Notes: a model not told the origin generated them from the letters alone. A DNA stretch of 64,000 nt from Anaeromyxobacter sp. (GCA_049840735.1 JASGJN010000026.1:128001-192000); one strand, 5' to 3'; positions 28,503 to 40,205 are shown, counted from the first letter of the stretch. Numbers and translations: made by a program.

Positions 28503-29015
28503 ATGCCGCGCTACGCCGCCTTCCTCCGCGGGGTGATGCCCCAGAACTGCAAGATGCCCGCCCTCAAGGCCGCCTTCGAGGCGGCCGGGTTCACCGACGT
28601 GAAGACCGTGCTGGGCAGCGGCAACGTGGTGTTCACGGCGCGTGCGGCCAGGCCCGAGGCGCTGGCGCGCAAGGCCGAGGCGGCCATGCAGGCGGCGCTG
28701 GGGAACGCGTTTGCAACGCAGATCCGCGAGGTGGAGGCGCTGCGGGCGCTGCTGGAGGCCGATCCGTTCGCTGCCTTCGAGCTGCCGGCGGGGTCGAAGC
28801 GTGTGGTGACGTTCCTGCGCCAGCCGGCGAAGGGGCTGAAGGTGCCCATCGCGCTGGAGAGCGCGCGTATCCTGGGCGTGGAGGGGTGCGAGGCCTTCAG
28901 CGCCTACGTGCCGGATCCGAAGATCGGGCCGGTCTTCATGCAGCTCATCGAGAAGACCTTCGGGAAGGACGTCACCACGCGGACCTGGGATACGGTCGCG
29001 AAGGTGGCGAAGTGA
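28503..29015 (+). CDS. DUF1697 family protein
   Basis: YAAFLRGV, VKTVLGSGNVVF and TTRTW motifs. Confidence 0.88.
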   Translation: MPRYAAFLRGVMPQNCKMPALKAAFEAAGFTDVKTVLGSGNVVFTARAARPEALARKAEAAMQAALGNAFATQIREVEALRALLEADPFAAFELPAGSKRVVTFLRQPAKGLKVPIALESARILGVEGCEAFSAYVPDPKIGPVFMQLIEKTFGKDVTTRTWDTVAKVAK

Positions 29016-29018
29016 CCT

Positions 29019-29068
29019 GGCCTTCGACTCCGCGCCCGCTGCGCGGGCGCTACGCTCAGGCCGAACGG
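29019..29068 (+). repeat. TTCGAC...GCTCAG repeat copy
   Basis: CCTTCGACTCC-GCGCCCGC tgc GCGGGCGC-TACGCTCAGGCCGAACGG between convergent genes. Confidence 0.9.
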
Positions 29069-29097
29069 GCCGGGTGCAGAGGAAGGCTTCCGACGGT

Positions 29098-31137
29098 TCA
29101 GTCCGTGCACCCTGAAGCCGGCCCCGGCGTCTCGTGCAGCGCCGCCACCTTCCCCGGCTTCGCGTAGCTCAGCCCGTAACCCAGCGGGAAGAGCGGCTCG
29201 CCAGGGCTGCGGGTCCCGACCTGGCAGGCGGAGCGCGGCCAGGGGAAGGGGAGCCGGCCCTGGAAGTCGTGGGCCACGGCGCCCGCGGCGTCGCGGAAGA
29301 GCAGGTCGGCGACGCCTCCGCCCTCGGTCCCGGGCCACCAGGCCACCACGAACGCGGCCGAGCGGTTCAGCTCGCGGTCGGTGTAGAGCGGCCGGCCGGT
29401 GAGCAGCACGGTGACGACCGGCACGCCCTTGCCGCTCACGCGGTCCAGCGCGGCCAGGTCCTCCGGGTGGCGCGCCGCCAGCTCGAGCGTCTCGCGCGCC
29501 GCCTGGCCCGAGGGCGGGGGCCGGCGGGTGAGCGGGTTCCAGGCCACGTCGCCCATGAACTCGGCGTAGGGCGGCTCGCCGATCACCGCCAGGACGGCGT
29601 CGAACGCGGCCGCGTCCACGCCCTGCGCGGCCTCGCTGAAGGTCACGCGCTCCGGACCCACCGCCTCGCGCACGGCCGTGAGCACGGTCTGGCCGGCCGG
29701 GAAGTCGGCGTTGGTGCCGTCGGTGGACTGCCACCCCAGCGACCAGCCCCCGCACTGCATGGGCAGGCTGTCGGCGCCCTTGCCCACCACCAGCACCTTG
29801 GCGCCGCGCCGCAGCGGGAGCACGCCGCCCTCGTTCTTGAGCAGCACCAGCGACCTGCGCACCGCCTCGCGCGCCAGCGGGCGGGCCAGCAGCGCCGCCT
29901 CGTCGCCCGCGCCGGCGCGCTGCGACGGGCGGGGCAGCTGGAAGAGCCCGGCCCGCAGCTTGACCCGGAGGATGCGCGTCACCGCGTCGTCGATGCGCGA
30001 CATGGGGACCTCGCCCTTCTCGACGAGGTCGACGGTGTCGGCGATGAACATGCGCCAGTGCTTCGGGACCATGAACAGGTCCACGCCGGCGTTGATGGCC
30101 TGGGCGCAGCGGGTGACGGTGCAGCCGGGGAGCTGCGCGATGGCGTCGTAGTCGGAGATCACGAAGCCGTCGAAGCCCATCTTCTCCTTGAGCGCAGTGG
30201 TGAGCAGGTAGCGGCTCCCGTGCAGCTTGCCGCCGGGGAGGCCGGGCTCGCCGACCCAGCTGCTGTAGGAGGCCATCACGCTCTGGGCGCCCGCCTCCAG
30301 CGTGGCCACGTAGCCCTGGGCGTGCTGGTCGATCAGCTGCTGCAGCGAGGCGCTGTTCACGCCTTGGTCGAGGCCGCGATCGGTTCCGCCGTCGCCCAGG
30401 AAGTGCTTGGAGCTGGTGAGCACGCCGGGGAAGGAGGTGGCCGGGCCGGAGAGGCCCATCAGCCCGCGGGTCAGCGCGGCGGAGAGGTGGCGGACCACGG
30501 CTGGCTCGGAGGAGAAGCCCTCGTAGGTGCGCCCCCAGCGGACGTCCTCCACCACCGCCACGGTGGGCGCGAAGGTGTAGTCGAGGCCGCTCACCCGCAG
30601 CTGGCGGGCGGTGGCGGCGCCGATCCGCTCCACCAGGCAGGCGTCGCGGGTGGCGCCCAGGCCGATGGGGTGCGGGAAGAGCGTGGCCCCGAACTGCTTC
30701 TGGTTCCCGTGCACGGCGTCCACGCCGTAGAGGATGGGCACGTGGATCGGGAGGTCGGTGGACATGGACGCGTCCCAGTAGGCGTCGGCGACCTTGAGCC
30801 AGCCGGCCGGCGGCGCGGTGCGGCCTGCGGGCCAGTCGTTGCCGCCGCTCAGGATCGAGCCGACGTAGAAGCGGCGCGCCTCCTCCGGCGTGCAGTGCGC
30901 GGCCTCGGCCTGGGTCATCTGGCCGACCTTCTGCGCCAGCGTCATCCCCGTCACCAGCTTCGCGATCAGGGCCTCCTGCGCCGGGTCGCGCTGCAGCGGC
31001 CCCGTGACGCGCGGCCAGTCGCGGTAGGACGGCGCGGGCGGGACGGTGGTGCAACGGTCCGGTTCCGCCTGCGCGACGGCGGCGCGGCTGGCCAGCCCGG
31101 CGGCGAGCAGGGTGCGGAGCAGGGTGCGGCGGAGCAT
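29098..31137 (-). CDS. GH3 beta-glucosidase/exo-glucanase, exported
   Basis: GVDAVHG, RWGRTYEGF, KHFLGDG, nucleophile motif VISDY, SLVLLKN; RR-containing leader (LRRTLL). Confidence 0.92.
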   Translation of the reverse strand: MLRRTLLRTLLAAGLASRAAVAQAEPDRCTTVPPAPSYRDWPRVTGPLQRDPAQEALIAKLVTGMTLAQKVGQMTQAEAAHCTPEEARRFYVGSILSGGNDWPAGRTAPPAGWLKVADAYWDASMSTDLPIHVPILYGVDAVHGNQKQFGATLFPHPIGLGATRDACLVERIGAATARQLRVSGLDYTFAPTVAVVEDVRWGRTYEGFSSEPAVVRHLSAALTRGLMGLSGPATSFPGVLTSSKHFLGDGGTDRGLDQGVNSASLQQLIDQHAQGYVATLEAGAQSVMASYSSWVGEPGLPGGKLHGSRYLLTTALKEKMGFDGFVISDYDAIAQLPGCTVTRCAQAINAGVDLFMVPKHWRMFIADTVDLVEKGEVPMSRIDDAVTRILRVKLRAGLFQLPRPSQRAGAGDEAALLARPLAREAVRRSLVLLKNEGGVLPLRRGAKVLVVGKGADSLPMQCGGWSLGWQSTDGTNADFPAGQTVLTAVREAVGPERVTFSEAAQGVDAAAFDAVLAVIGEPPYAEFMGDVAWNPLTRRPPPSGQAARETLELAARHPEDLAALDRVSGKGVPVVTVLLTGRPLYTDRELNRSAAFVVAWWPGTEGGGVADLLFRDAAGAVAHDFQGRLPFPWPRSACQVGTRSPGEPLFPLGYGLSYAKPGKVAALHETPGPASGCTD

Positions 31138-31215
31138 GGCGGTCTCCCCGTGCAGCAAGGTGGCGCAGTCTACCGCCGCGGCGCGGCGGCGCCACATCGG
31201 CTACGCTTCGGGGCC

Positions 31216-32064
31216 ATGCTGCTCCCCGACAGCTTCACCCCTTGCTGGTCTCCGCCCGCCGCCGCCACCGACGGCCTCTGGTTCGTCTTCCAGGACGGCA
31301 AGCTGGTGGTCTCCAACGGCGAGGCGCCCGGGCTGCCGCCGCCTGGCGCGGCGCCGGTGCCGGTGGAGGGGATCCGCTGCTTCGGGACGCTGGGCGACGT
31401 GCCCTGCTGGGCGGCGCAGGCGCGCGAGCCGGCGCTGCCGGAGGGACTCTCGGCGGCGCCGCTCCGCGCGCTCTTCGATCGCCTGGCCGACGGCCCGCTG
31501 GCGCTGGCCGGCCGCGCCGCGCAGGTGCTCGAGTTCGAGCGCACCCACCGCTTCTGCGGCGCGTGCGGCGCGCCCACCGAGTCCGGCGACGGCGATTGCG
31601 CGCGGCGCTGCCCGGCCTGCCAGGCGGTCTTCTACCCGCGGCTGGCGCCGGCCATGATGGCGCTGGTGACGCGCCAGGGGCCGTCGGGCCGCGAGCTCTT
31701 GCTGGCCCGCGGGCGGCGCTTCGGCGCGCCCATCCACTCGGCGCTGGCCGGCTTCGTGGAGCCGTCGGAGACGCTGGAGGAGTGCGTCCGCCGCGAGGTG
31801 CGCGAGGAGGTCGGGCTGGAGGTGAGGAACCTGCGCTACTTCGGCAGCCAGTGCTGGCCCTTCCCCCACTCGCTCATGGTGGCCTTCCTGGCCGAGCACG
31901 CGGGCGGGGAGATCCGCTGCGACGAGGAGGAGATCGTCGAAGCAGCCTGGCATCCGGTCGATCGGCTGCCCAACCTCCCACATCGGCTCTCGGTGGCCCG
32001 GAAGCCGATCGACTTCGCGGTGGCCGAGGCGGGTGGCGCCTCCTCGTCACCGCCGACCCCCTGA
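31216..32064 (+). CDS. nudC: NADH pyrophosphatase (Nudix, zinc ribbon)
   Basis: [12 protein letters not shown], Nudix box [34 protein letters not shown]. Confidence 0.93.
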   Translation: MLLPDSFTPCWSPPAAATDGLWFVFQDGKLVVSNGEAPGLPPPGAAPVPVEGIRCFGTLGDVPCWAAQAREPALPEGLSAAPLRALFDRLADGPLALAGRAAQVLEFERTHRFCGACGAPTESGDGDCARRCPACQAVFYPRLAPAMMALVTRQGPSGRELLLARGRRFGAPIHSALAGFVEPSETLEECVRREVREEVGLEVRNLRYFGSQCWPFPHSLMVAFLAEHAGGEIRCDEEEIVEAAWHPVDRLPNLPHRLSVARKPIDFAVAEAGGASSSPPTP

Positions 32065-32212
32065 GTCACCCTCGACTCTGCGTGACAAATGGGTTTTGAC
32101 CCAGCAGTTGCGGGCGCGTCGCGTCGATCGCGCCGGGCACCGCGGGTGCAAACACGGGACGGCTCCGGACGCGGACCCGGCGCATTCCACCGCGGCCGGG
32201 GGAGTCTCGCAC

Positions 32213-34783
32213 ATGGTCAGCCTCTCCATCCGCGGGCGCGTGCTCGCCGGCTTCTCGGTGGTCGTCGCAGGTGCGCTGGTGGTGGGTGCCATCGGCCAGT
32301 GGGGGATGGCGCGACTGGGCGCGGGGAGCGAGGTGCTCCACCGGGCCGCCTGGACGGTGCAGGTGGTGAGCGACGTGCGCGCCTCCAGCCTGAGCGTGAG
32401 GCGGTTCGAGAAGGACTTCATGCTCTCGGCGGGCAACCCGGAGGCGCAGGCCGAGTACCACCAGAAGTGGCAGGCCGAGCGCAAGCGGCTGGACGAGGCG
32501 CTGCAGGCCCTGGCGCTCTCGGTGGCCGACGAGCCGGACACCGCCGCCGCGGTGGTCGACGCCACGCGCTCGCTGGAGCGCTACGCCTACGGCTTCGGGG
32601 TGGTGGTGAAGGCCGCGGCCAACCATCCGACGATGGGCCCGGCCGACCTCAACGAGCTGATCGCTCCGGTCAAGGACGAGATCCGCGACGTCATCGCCAT
32701 CGCCGAGAAGATCGCCGCGGCCCACGGCAAGGAGGTCGAGGCCGAGGCGGAGGCGGCCAAGGCGCTCCAGCGAAACGTCCGCTGGTGGCTCGGCGGGCTG
32801 CTGGCGCTGCTCCTGGCCGGGGCGGCGCTGACGTCGCTCCTGACCGCGGGGCGGGTGGCGCGCCAGGTGCGCGCGGTGGTGGACGAGGCCGGGCGGCTGC
32901 GCGAGGCGGTGGACGCCGGCCAGCTCTCCACCCGCGGCGACCTCGACGCCGTGGGGCCGGAGTTCCGGCCCATCGTGGAGGGGTTCAACGCCACGCTGGA
33001 CGCCTACGCCGGTCCCATCGCCCTCACCTCCAGCACGCTGGCGCGGATCGCCGCCGGCGACATCCCCCCGCCCATCGCCGAGCAGACCCGCGGCGACTTC
33101 GATCAGATCAGGCAGGCGCTCAACGGCTGCAGCGCGGCCGTGGGCGCGCTGGTGGAGGACGTGGACGGGCTGGCCCGCGCCGGCGTGGAGGGCCGGCTCA
33201 CGGTCCGGGCCGACGCCACCCGGCACCAGGGTGACTTCAGGCGGATCGTGGACGGCGTGAACCGGACGCTCGACGCCGTGGTGGAGCCCATCACCGCCGC
33301 GGCCGGCGCGGTGGGCGCCATCGCCCGCGGGGAGATCCCGCCGCCGCTGGCCGGCGCGTACCAAGGCGAGTTCGAGGTGCTGGCGAGGAACCTGGACACC
33401 TGCACGGCGGCGCTGCGGGCGCTGGTGGAGGACGCGCAGCGGCTCTCGGCCGCGGCCGTGGCCGGACAGCTGGCGGTCCGCGGCGACGCCGCGCGCCACA
33501 GCGGCGACTTCCGCGCCATCGTGCAGGGCGTGAACGACACGCTCGACGGGATCGTGGGGCCCTTCCGCGCCATGGCCGAGGCCTGCGAGCGGATCTCCCA
33601 CGGCGACCTCCCGCCCCGCCAGACGCAGGCGGTGCAGGGCGACCACGTGGCCATGCAGCAGAGCCTCAACCGCTGCGTGGACGCGCTGTCCCGGCTGGTG
33701 GGCGACGTGAACGCCCAGGTCCAGGCGGCGGTGGAGGGGCGGCTCTCCGCGCGCATCGACGCCAGCCGCCACGCCGGCGCGTTCCGCGAGGCGCTGGAGG
33801 GCGTGAACCGGACCCTGGACGCGGTGACCGCGCCGGTGGAGGAGTCCACCCGGGCGCTGGAGCGGCTGGCGGCCCGCGACCTGCGGGCGCGCGTGGCCAG
33901 CGACTACCAGGGCGACCACGCCCGGCTGGCGCGCGCGCTCAACGCCACCGCCGAGGCGCTGCACGGCTCCATCGCCCAGGTGGCCTCTGCGGTGGACCAG
34001 GTCAGCTCGGCCGCCACGCAGATCGCCGCCTCCTCGCAGGCGGTGGCGAGCGGCGCCTCCGAGCAGGCCGCGGCCCTGACCCACGCCAGCAGCGCCATGG
34101 CCGCGGTGGCCTCCTCGTCCGAGCGGGCGGCGGCCGACACCCGGCGCGCGTCGACGCTGGCCTCCGCGGCCCGGAGCTCGGCGGCGGACGGCGCCGAGGC
34201 GGTGGCGGCGCTGCGGATCACCGTGGGGGAGATGCGGGCCTCTGCCGAGGGCACCTCGCAGATCATCAAGGACGTCTCGGACATCGCCTTCCAGACCAAC
34301 CTGCTGGCGCTCAACGCCGCCGTGGAGGCGGCCCGCGCCGGCGACGCCGGGCGCGGCTTCGCGGTGGTGGCCGAGGAGGTCCGCTCGCTGGCGCTGCGGG
34401 CCAAGGACGCCGCCGCGCGGACCGAGGTGCTGATCCGCCAGTCGGTGGCCCAGGCCGGCCAGGGCGAGGCGGCCGCCGCGCAGGTGGCCGGCAAGCTGGA
34501 GGACATCGCACGCGCCGTGAACGAGGTCACCGGTTCCGTCACCGCCGGCGCCGAGGGCGCGCAGGCCCAGGCGCGCGGCGTGGCCGAGGTGACCACCTCG
34601 GTGGCGGAGATGGACAAGGTCACGCAGCAGAACGCCGCCAGCGCCGAGGAGTCGTCGTCCTCGGCGGCCGAGCTGTCCAGCCAGGCCGAGGAGCTGGCGG
34701 CGATGGTGGCCAGCTTCCAGCTGGAGGGCTCGGCGCCGCAGGCCGCGCCGGCGCGGCCAGGGCGACGGCTGCGCGCCATGTAG
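32213..34783 (+). CDS. Methyl-accepting chemotaxis protein with poly-HAMP array
   Basis: Two TM helices, repeated HAMP units ([13 protein letters not shown] etc.), hairpin [20 protein letters not shown]. Confidence 0.93.
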   Translation: MVSLSIRGRVLAGFSVVVAGALVVGAIGQWGMARLGAGSEVLHRAAWTVQVVSDVRASSLSVRRFEKDFMLSAGNPEAQAEYHQKWQAERKRLDEALQALALSVADEPDTAAAVVDATRSLERYAYGFGVVVKAAANHPTMGPADLNELIAPVKDEIRDVIAIAEKIAAAHGKEVEAEAEAAKALQRNVRWWLGGLLALLLAGAALTSLLTAGRVARQVRAVVDEAGRLREAVDAGQLSTRGDLDAVGPEFRPIVEGFNATLDAYAGPIALTSSTLARIAAGDIPPPIAEQTRGDFDQIRQALNGCSAAVGALVEDVDGLARAGVEGRLTVRADATRHQGDFRRIVDGVNRTLDAVVEPITAAAGAVGAIARGEIPPPLAGAYQGEFEVLARNLDTCTAALRALVEDAQRLSAAAVAGQLAVRGDAARHSGDFRAIVQGVNDTLDGIVGPFRAMAEACERISHGDLPPRQTQAVQGDHVAMQQSLNRCVDALSRLVGDVNAQVQAAVEGRLSARIDASRHAGAFREALEGVNRTLDAVTAPVEESTRALERLAARDLRARVASDYQGDHARLARALNATAEALHGSIAQVASAVDQVSSAATQIAASSQAVASGASEQAAALTHASSAMAAVASSSERAAADTRRASTLASAARSSAADGAEAVAALRITVGEMRASAEGTSQIIKDVSDIAFQTNLLALNAAVEAARAGDAGRGFAVVAEEVRSLALRAKDAAARTEVLIRQSVAQAGQGEAAAAQVAGKLEDIARAVNEVTGSVTAGAEGAQAQARGVAEVTTSVAEMDKVTQQNAASAEESSSSAAELSSQAEELAAMVASFQLEGSAPQAAPARPGRRLRAM

Positions 34784-34784
34784 C

Positions 34785-34813
34785 GGGGTCGCGTCCTTCT
34801 ACATTACCCTTTC
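34785..34813 (+). repeat. 29-bp repeat family 2, copy 1
   Basis: GGGGTCGCGTCCTTCTACATTACCCTTTC; 26/29 identical to 58700-58728. Confidence 0.75.
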
Positions 34814-34954
34814 GTCCCCGCCGGGGGCGCCGGGTCCTCCCGGTCGAGGGGCCGGGGCTGCGCCGCCAGCGCCGCCCGCGCCCGCTCCAGGCGCGCTTCG
34901 CTCCGGCGCAGCGCCTCGGCCGGCAGGCGGCCCGCCGTCGGGAGGGACGCCCCG

Positions 34955-36218
34955 CTACTCCAGCCCGCGGTCGCGCAGCTCGTCGTCGGTCTCCGCCGTG
35001 CAGGTGGCCCAGCTCGTGGAGCAGCGTCACGCGGACCTGCTGCGACAGCTCCTCGCGCGAGCGCACGAAGCGGATCAGGTTCTTGCGGTAGAGGACGATG
35101 GACCGGCAGACCGGGCCGTCGGTGGCGAGGCAGGGCTCGTCGTCGGCGGGGCCGCGGTAGAGCGCCAGGATCGAGGGCGAGAGGGGCGGGTTCACGGCCT
35201 TGAGGTCGCCGTCGTCCGGCAGGTCCCGCACCTCGAGCGGCGCCTGCTCCAGCGCCGCGCGCTCCTCGTCGGTGAGCCCCGCGATCGCGGCGTCGACCTC
35301 GGCGCGGAAGGCCTTCTCGTCCACCTGCACCTCGGCCGGGAAGTCCTCCGGGTCGAGCTTGTGCGCCTTCTGGAAGAGCTGGTCGGCGCGCTTCGCATCG
35401 CCCTGTCGCTCCACCACCAGGGCCAGCTGGTGCAGCGCGGCCGCGTCCCTGGGGTCGCTGTCCACGGCGCGCTCCAGCGCGCGGCGGGCGTCGTCCAGCT
35501 TGCAGAGGTCGAACAGGGCCAGGCCGCGCTCGTAGGCCACGTCGTGATCGCCCGGGAGCGCCTGCGAGGCTTCGTCGAGGTACCCGAGCGCCTCGCGGCT
35601 GCGCCCCAGCCGGCTGGCGGCCATGCCGGCCACCAGGTTCAGCTCGGCGGTGAGGCGGGAGTCCGGGTGCGGCGCGGCGGCGGCGCGTCGGACGCCGCGG
35701 CGGGCGTACTCCAGCCCGGCCTCGAGCGCGTCGGCGGAGCCGCCCAGGCTGCGCACGTGGAGATCGGCCGCGCCCAGCAGCGCGCGGGGGTCGTCCGGGT
35801 TGACCGCCAGGGCGCGCGCGAAGGTGAGCTGCGCCTCCTCGGTCTTGCCCAGCCAGGCCAGCGCGTCGCCGCGCACCGCCAGCGCCGAGACCAGCTGCGG
35901 CCGGCTGGCGGTGAGCATGCGCAGCGCCTCGTCGGCGCAGGCCAGGGCCCGATCGGCGTCGCGCTCGTTGAGCGCCCCGTCGGCCTCCTCCACCAGCACG
36001 CCGGGGGCGGCGAAGGGATCGTCCGGCAGGCACGGCCCCGGGCGCGGCCGGATCAGCGCGGCCGGATCGCCGGGCGCCGGCGCGTTGCGCAGGCCGGGGA
36101 CGCTGGAGATGGTGGTGCGGGCGACCGCCGGCGCGTCGGCCGGTGGCGCAGGGGAAGGGTTCCTGGAGCAGGCTGCGAGCAGCAGGACGGCTGCACCGCA
36201 GAGCGACCGTTGCAACAT
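34955..36218 (-). CDS. TPR-containing lipoprotein with C-terminal zincin-like metallopeptidase (frameshift in last codons)
   Basis: Lipobox LAA-C, TPR helices, IVLYRKNL..VTLLHELGH; corrected end HGETDDELRDRGLE*. Confidence 0.85.
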
Positions 36219-36286
36219 CTCGACGCGAGACTCTGCCACACCGGCGTGCGGCCCGCCATGTGGGAGACGGGACGGCGAGCGCCCGC

Positions 36287-37195
36287 TCAGTCGCCAAGCT
36301 CGCGCTCGCAGCGGGCGGCCAGGCTGCCCAGGAAGGCCAGCAGCTCCGGCGGGTGGACTGGGTCGGTGACCTCCAGGTCGATCCGCTCCATCCCTTCCAG
36401 CTCGGCGCTGACCCGATCGAGGTCGGACGACCGGCCCAGCTCCAGGAACCAGGCCCGCGGCGGAACGGCCAGGTCGCGCAGCTTGGCCCAGATCCAGCGC
36501 AGGTTGGGGTCCTGGAAGCCGTAGCCCACCAGGAGCAGCTCCCGGCCGACCACATCGGAGCAGAAGCGCAGGTCGATGGGGTGGCTGGCCAGGTCGGAGC
36601 GCCGCAGGAAGTCCGACTCGCCGATCACCATCGAGCCGGGGCGGTTGAGCGTGCCGTGGAGCTTGTAGACCGGAAAGCGCGGTGAATACCGACCCTTGCC
36701 GCTGGGGTCGAACCGCCAGCCGCGCAGGTCCTCGGCCGAGGCGACCACCTGCACGCGCCAGCCGGCCGCGGCGAAGGAGCGCTCCAGCAGGTCGTCGAAG
36801 TTGGTGGTGTAGACGGCCGGGACGTACCTCGCCAGGCGGACCAGCTCCCGGTGGAGCGGCAGCCGGGTGGGGTCCACGCCGCCGGTGTCGAAGAGCTGGG
36901 CCAGCCGGGACTCGAGCCGCTCCGCCCCCAGCAGCGCCCGGTAGGTCTCCGGGATGCGGAGCAGCGTCTCCATGCCGACCGCGTCGTCCCTTCGCGGTGG
37001 GGCAAAGCGCCGCCCCGCCTGGGGCACGCGCTCGCGGAGGACCGGGACCAGCTCCTCGGCCAGCGTGATGGCCACCTCGCGCCAGGACGGAAGGCCGGCC
37101 CAGCGCGAGGCGCCGGCGCCGACCAGGAGCAGGAGCTGCCCGCGGGCCAGCTGACCGAGGAGGTGGTCCTGCACCTCACCGAGCGGGAGCGCCAT
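36287..37195 (-). CDS. SIR2-like (SIR2_2) domain protein
   Basis: VGAGAS..GLPSW, TTNFDDLLE, KLHG and VGYGFQDPN motifs. Confidence 0.88.
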   Translation of the reverse strand: MALPLGEVQDHLLGQLARGQLLLLVGAGASRWAGLPSWREVAITLAEELVPVLRERVPQAGRRFAPPRRDDAVGMETLLRIPETYRALLGAERLESRLAQLFDTGGVDPTRLPLHRELVRLARYVPAVYTTNFDDLLERSFAAAGWRVQVVASAEDLRGWRFDPSGKGRYSPRFPVYKLHGTLNRPGSMVIGESDFLRRSDLASHPIDLRFCSDVVGRELLLVGYGFQDPNLRWIWAKLRDLAVPPRAWFLELGRSSDLDRVSAELEGMERIDLEVTDPVHPPELLAFLGSLAARCERELGD

Positions 37196-37199
37196 CGGG

Positions 37200-37325
37200 A
37201 CTCACGGTGGGGATGGCGGGAGGCGCAGACCAGACTTCCAGAGCTGCGCGGCGTCCGTCCGCGAAGGCGCGGAGGTCAGCAACTCCATGGAGCGGCGCGA
37301 CCGGCCCGGTCAGGCGCGTCTTCAA
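37200..37325 (-). pseudogene. Possible degenerate RelE/ParE-like toxin remnant
   Basis: TTGA overlap with the upstream antitoxin-like gene; only fragments in different frames (LKTRLTGP, ELLTSAP, LEVWS). Confidence 0.3.
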
Positions 37326-37551
37326 TGCCGGGTCAGCTTTCCCTGGATGAACTCGTCGGCGTCCACCTGGTCGCCGGAGCGAGCCGCAGCAATGCCAGCG
37401 TCGAGCGCCGCGTCCAGCTTCGCCCGCTCCTCTGGGCTGAACTCGTCACCGGCCTCGACGAGCGTCAGCTCGACCTCGGTGCCTTCCGGCAGGTTGGCAG
37501 GTTCGCCCACCACGAACCGCCCACCTCGAACCTTTGCCTGAGTGTCCGCAT
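37322..37551 (-). CDS. Small antitoxin-like protein (apparent 1-bp deletion near start)
   Basis: RBS GGGAGGG then ATG 37551; AKVRGGRFVVGEPANLPEGTEVEL..EERAKLDAAL..DADEF resembles addiction-module antitoxins. Confidence 0.6.
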
Positions 37552-37752
37552 GACAGTCCCTCCCCAAGCTATTCGTCCCTACCTGTCCACGGACGGGACC
37601 TCGAGCCTGGTACGCCGCGACGAGGATGCTAAAGAACCGATCAGCGGCCATCGTCGCTGTACGTGTCCTCGCGCCGGAGATCCCCGCCCACCCAGACGCC
37701 GTCGGGGGTGGCCGGTGGCGAAGACAGGCCGGGCACGGTGCCGGCGCGAGTC

Positions 37753-38996
37753 CTATCGCGCCAAGCGCACGATCCGTCCGCCGAACTCTGCCCAGTAAAC
37801 GTATTGCTGATCGAGCACGATCCCCATCGGACAATCCAGGGAGTCAGCCAGAACCTCGGGAGCGGTGCTACCGTTCACCGGGACCCTCGAAACCCAGCCG
37901 GTATTTTCCCCGCTTCCGCACGTCGCCAGGTAGAGGTAACTCGCCTGGACGGCGAGCGCGACTGGAACCGCCTCCTGGGTCGCCACGGGTGTGACGGCGC
38001 CGCCAGTCTTCGGCATCCGCTTGACGAGACCGGTCGCGCCATCGTCAGCGATCTCCGACCAGTAGAGATGGCTGGAGTCCACGGCCAACCTGACGAGCGA
38101 GCCAGTCGTCTGGGTCAGCTGCTCGACCGGCCCCCCGCCAAGCGGCATCCGCGCAATGGTCCTGTATCCCAGGTCAGTCCAGTACACGTAGGCTTCGTCT
38201 GTCGCGATGGCGTCGAGCTCACTTGTGCCCGGGGTGCCAACCGCGTGCTGCGCAGGAGGACTGCCGATGGTCGCGTACCAGATGCTTTCACGGAAGTCGG
38301 CCCAATAGAGCACGTCGCCGACGGAGACGATCTGGTAGGGGCCCGGTCCCCCCGGTTGACGATCAGCTCCGCCACGCCTCCCGCCTTTGGAACCGTGGCG
38401 ACCAGGCCCAGGTTCGCGTCAGTCCAGGAGACGCGATCAGAAGCCAGCGCCAGGCCCCAGGGCCCCTCCGCCATCCCGCCGGTCAGGGTGCCTGCTCCGT
38501 ACAGGAGGCGCTGTGGGCTGCCGCAATCCAACGACGCTGCGCCCACGCCGTCGCCGCCGGTCCAGTAGACGCTGGCGTCATCCACGGCCACGCCAACGGG
38601 AAAAGGGGCCGTGGCGAGGGTGAGGGGCCCGCTGGGCTCATCCACGGCGACGTGGACCACGTCGCTGACCGCGGTGCCGTAGGCGTTCCGCACCACGGCC
38701 TGCAGGCTCGCGCGGTCGTAGGCCAGAGGGGTCCGCGGGACCGTCAAGGAGGCAGCATTGGCTCCCGGAACGACGGCACCGTTCATCATCCACTCATATG
38801 TGAGCGGTGGCGTGCCCGTGGCCGTCAAGGCCGCCGTGAACTCATCACAAAGCGTGACCCTCTGACTCGACGGTTGCTGAGTGATCGCAGGTGGGACTCC
38901 GCTATCGTCCTGGCTCTCGCCACAACCCAGGACGAACCCGAGGAAGATGCAGGCGGTGGAAGGGAGGACGCACCCGTTTGATCGCCCTGGCTTCAT
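37753..38996 (-). CDS. Lipoprotein with Ig domain and beta-propeller repeats (apparent frameshift near 38345)
   Basis: VLG-C lipobox; PAITQQPSSQ..ATGTPPLTYEW Ig motif; repeated [GA]xAVDxxxVYW blades across two ORFs. Confidence 0.8.
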
Positions 38997-39073
38997 GCGA
39001 TAACGCTCCGATACCTTGGAAGAAGGGCCGACTTATTGCGCCGAAACCGGGTGCGACCAAACGATCGTCCTCT

Positions 39074-40205
39074 TCACCGAACAAACGAGAAGAAGAAGGT
39101 ATGGTAAGTCTTGTCGATAAACAGGTAAAGGTATGGCCCCCGCGTGAAGTGTGCTCCTGGGCTCGCCACGGTAATGGTATTGATGGAACTCGCTGACACG
39201 GAGTTCGATCTCGTCGACCTGCTTGTGAAGGAAAAGGAGTCTTTCGACTTCAGCGATCCTACAATCGGGATCGAGACGCTCTGGGTGAACCCGGTCGAAT
39301 AGGCGTAAGTTGCTGTCGCCGAGGACGAGGAAGAGTAGCTGTTGTCAGTTTCGAAGAAGTACGTGTTGCCCGTAGCCTCATAGGCGAGCAATGTGATGAA
39401 TTCGAAGCGGGCGGGATCAGGGGATTGCGTGCCGCGCTGGTCATCGGCGTAAGGGTCCGCACCCAGGATGCTGGAATAATCACCGGTGGTGATCTTGGCC
39501 GAGGACAGCGCTGCCATTACGGTGGCGTCAGGTGTCAGGGTCCCCTTGAGCCAACCCGCCAGAATCACAAGCGGCCGTGCCTGAGTGATGTCCGCCTCCC
39601 AGGTTACGCGGTTCTCGGAGTATCTTGTAACGTTGATCGCCACATTAAGAAGTATCGTGATTTGATTCGTACGCGTGGTCGATGTCGTCTGAGCTGACGC
39701 CTGGCACCACGAACCCGGCCTTTGTGCTCTTCGAGACGCTCACCTCGCTCCTGGTGCTCCAGTCATTGCCCACCGTGTACGTAGCGGACTGAGAAAGGAT
39801 CCGATCGTCGGCGCCCACGGAGGCTTCGACCGTCAGCGAACTGCCCCAGCTTGAGGAGGTGGAGGTCGTCGAGCCGATCTTGGTGCTCGCCGCGTACATG
39901 ACGCGCGATCCGGAGCCGGGCGGCGCATATACAACTGACTGGATGAAGTACTTCGGGTACAGGGTTCCCTTGGCGACCACGCATTGGCCGCGCCCGTCGC
40001 ACTTGCCGTTCTCGCTGCACGCGGTGCCCGACGATAGTGGCCGCTGAAGCCACTCGCGTGTGACAGTGTCACACGTCCAAGCGTAGCACTCTTCGGGCGG
40101 ATCGTAGTTGTAGCCGCACAATGGTGCCGCAATAGTGGAGTGCGGTACACACAGCCCAAACAGCAGTCCAACGCAAAGCGCCGTGTGCGCTGCCCGGTTT
40201 GTCAT
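39074..40205 (-). CDS. Secreted protein with Cys-rich module and Ser/Thr-rich beta domain (apparent frameshift near 39666)
   Basis: Signal peptide; GTACSENGKCDGRGQC; SVVYAPPG; removing one base joins both ORFs as DHAYDQITILLNVAI. Confidence 0.75.

Noticed and set aside
32065..32212. Possible cyclic dinucleotide riboswitch upstream of the MCP
   Set aside because: Only a GCAAA fragment; the GEMM two-hairpin consensus was not found by eye. An Rfam scan would settle it.
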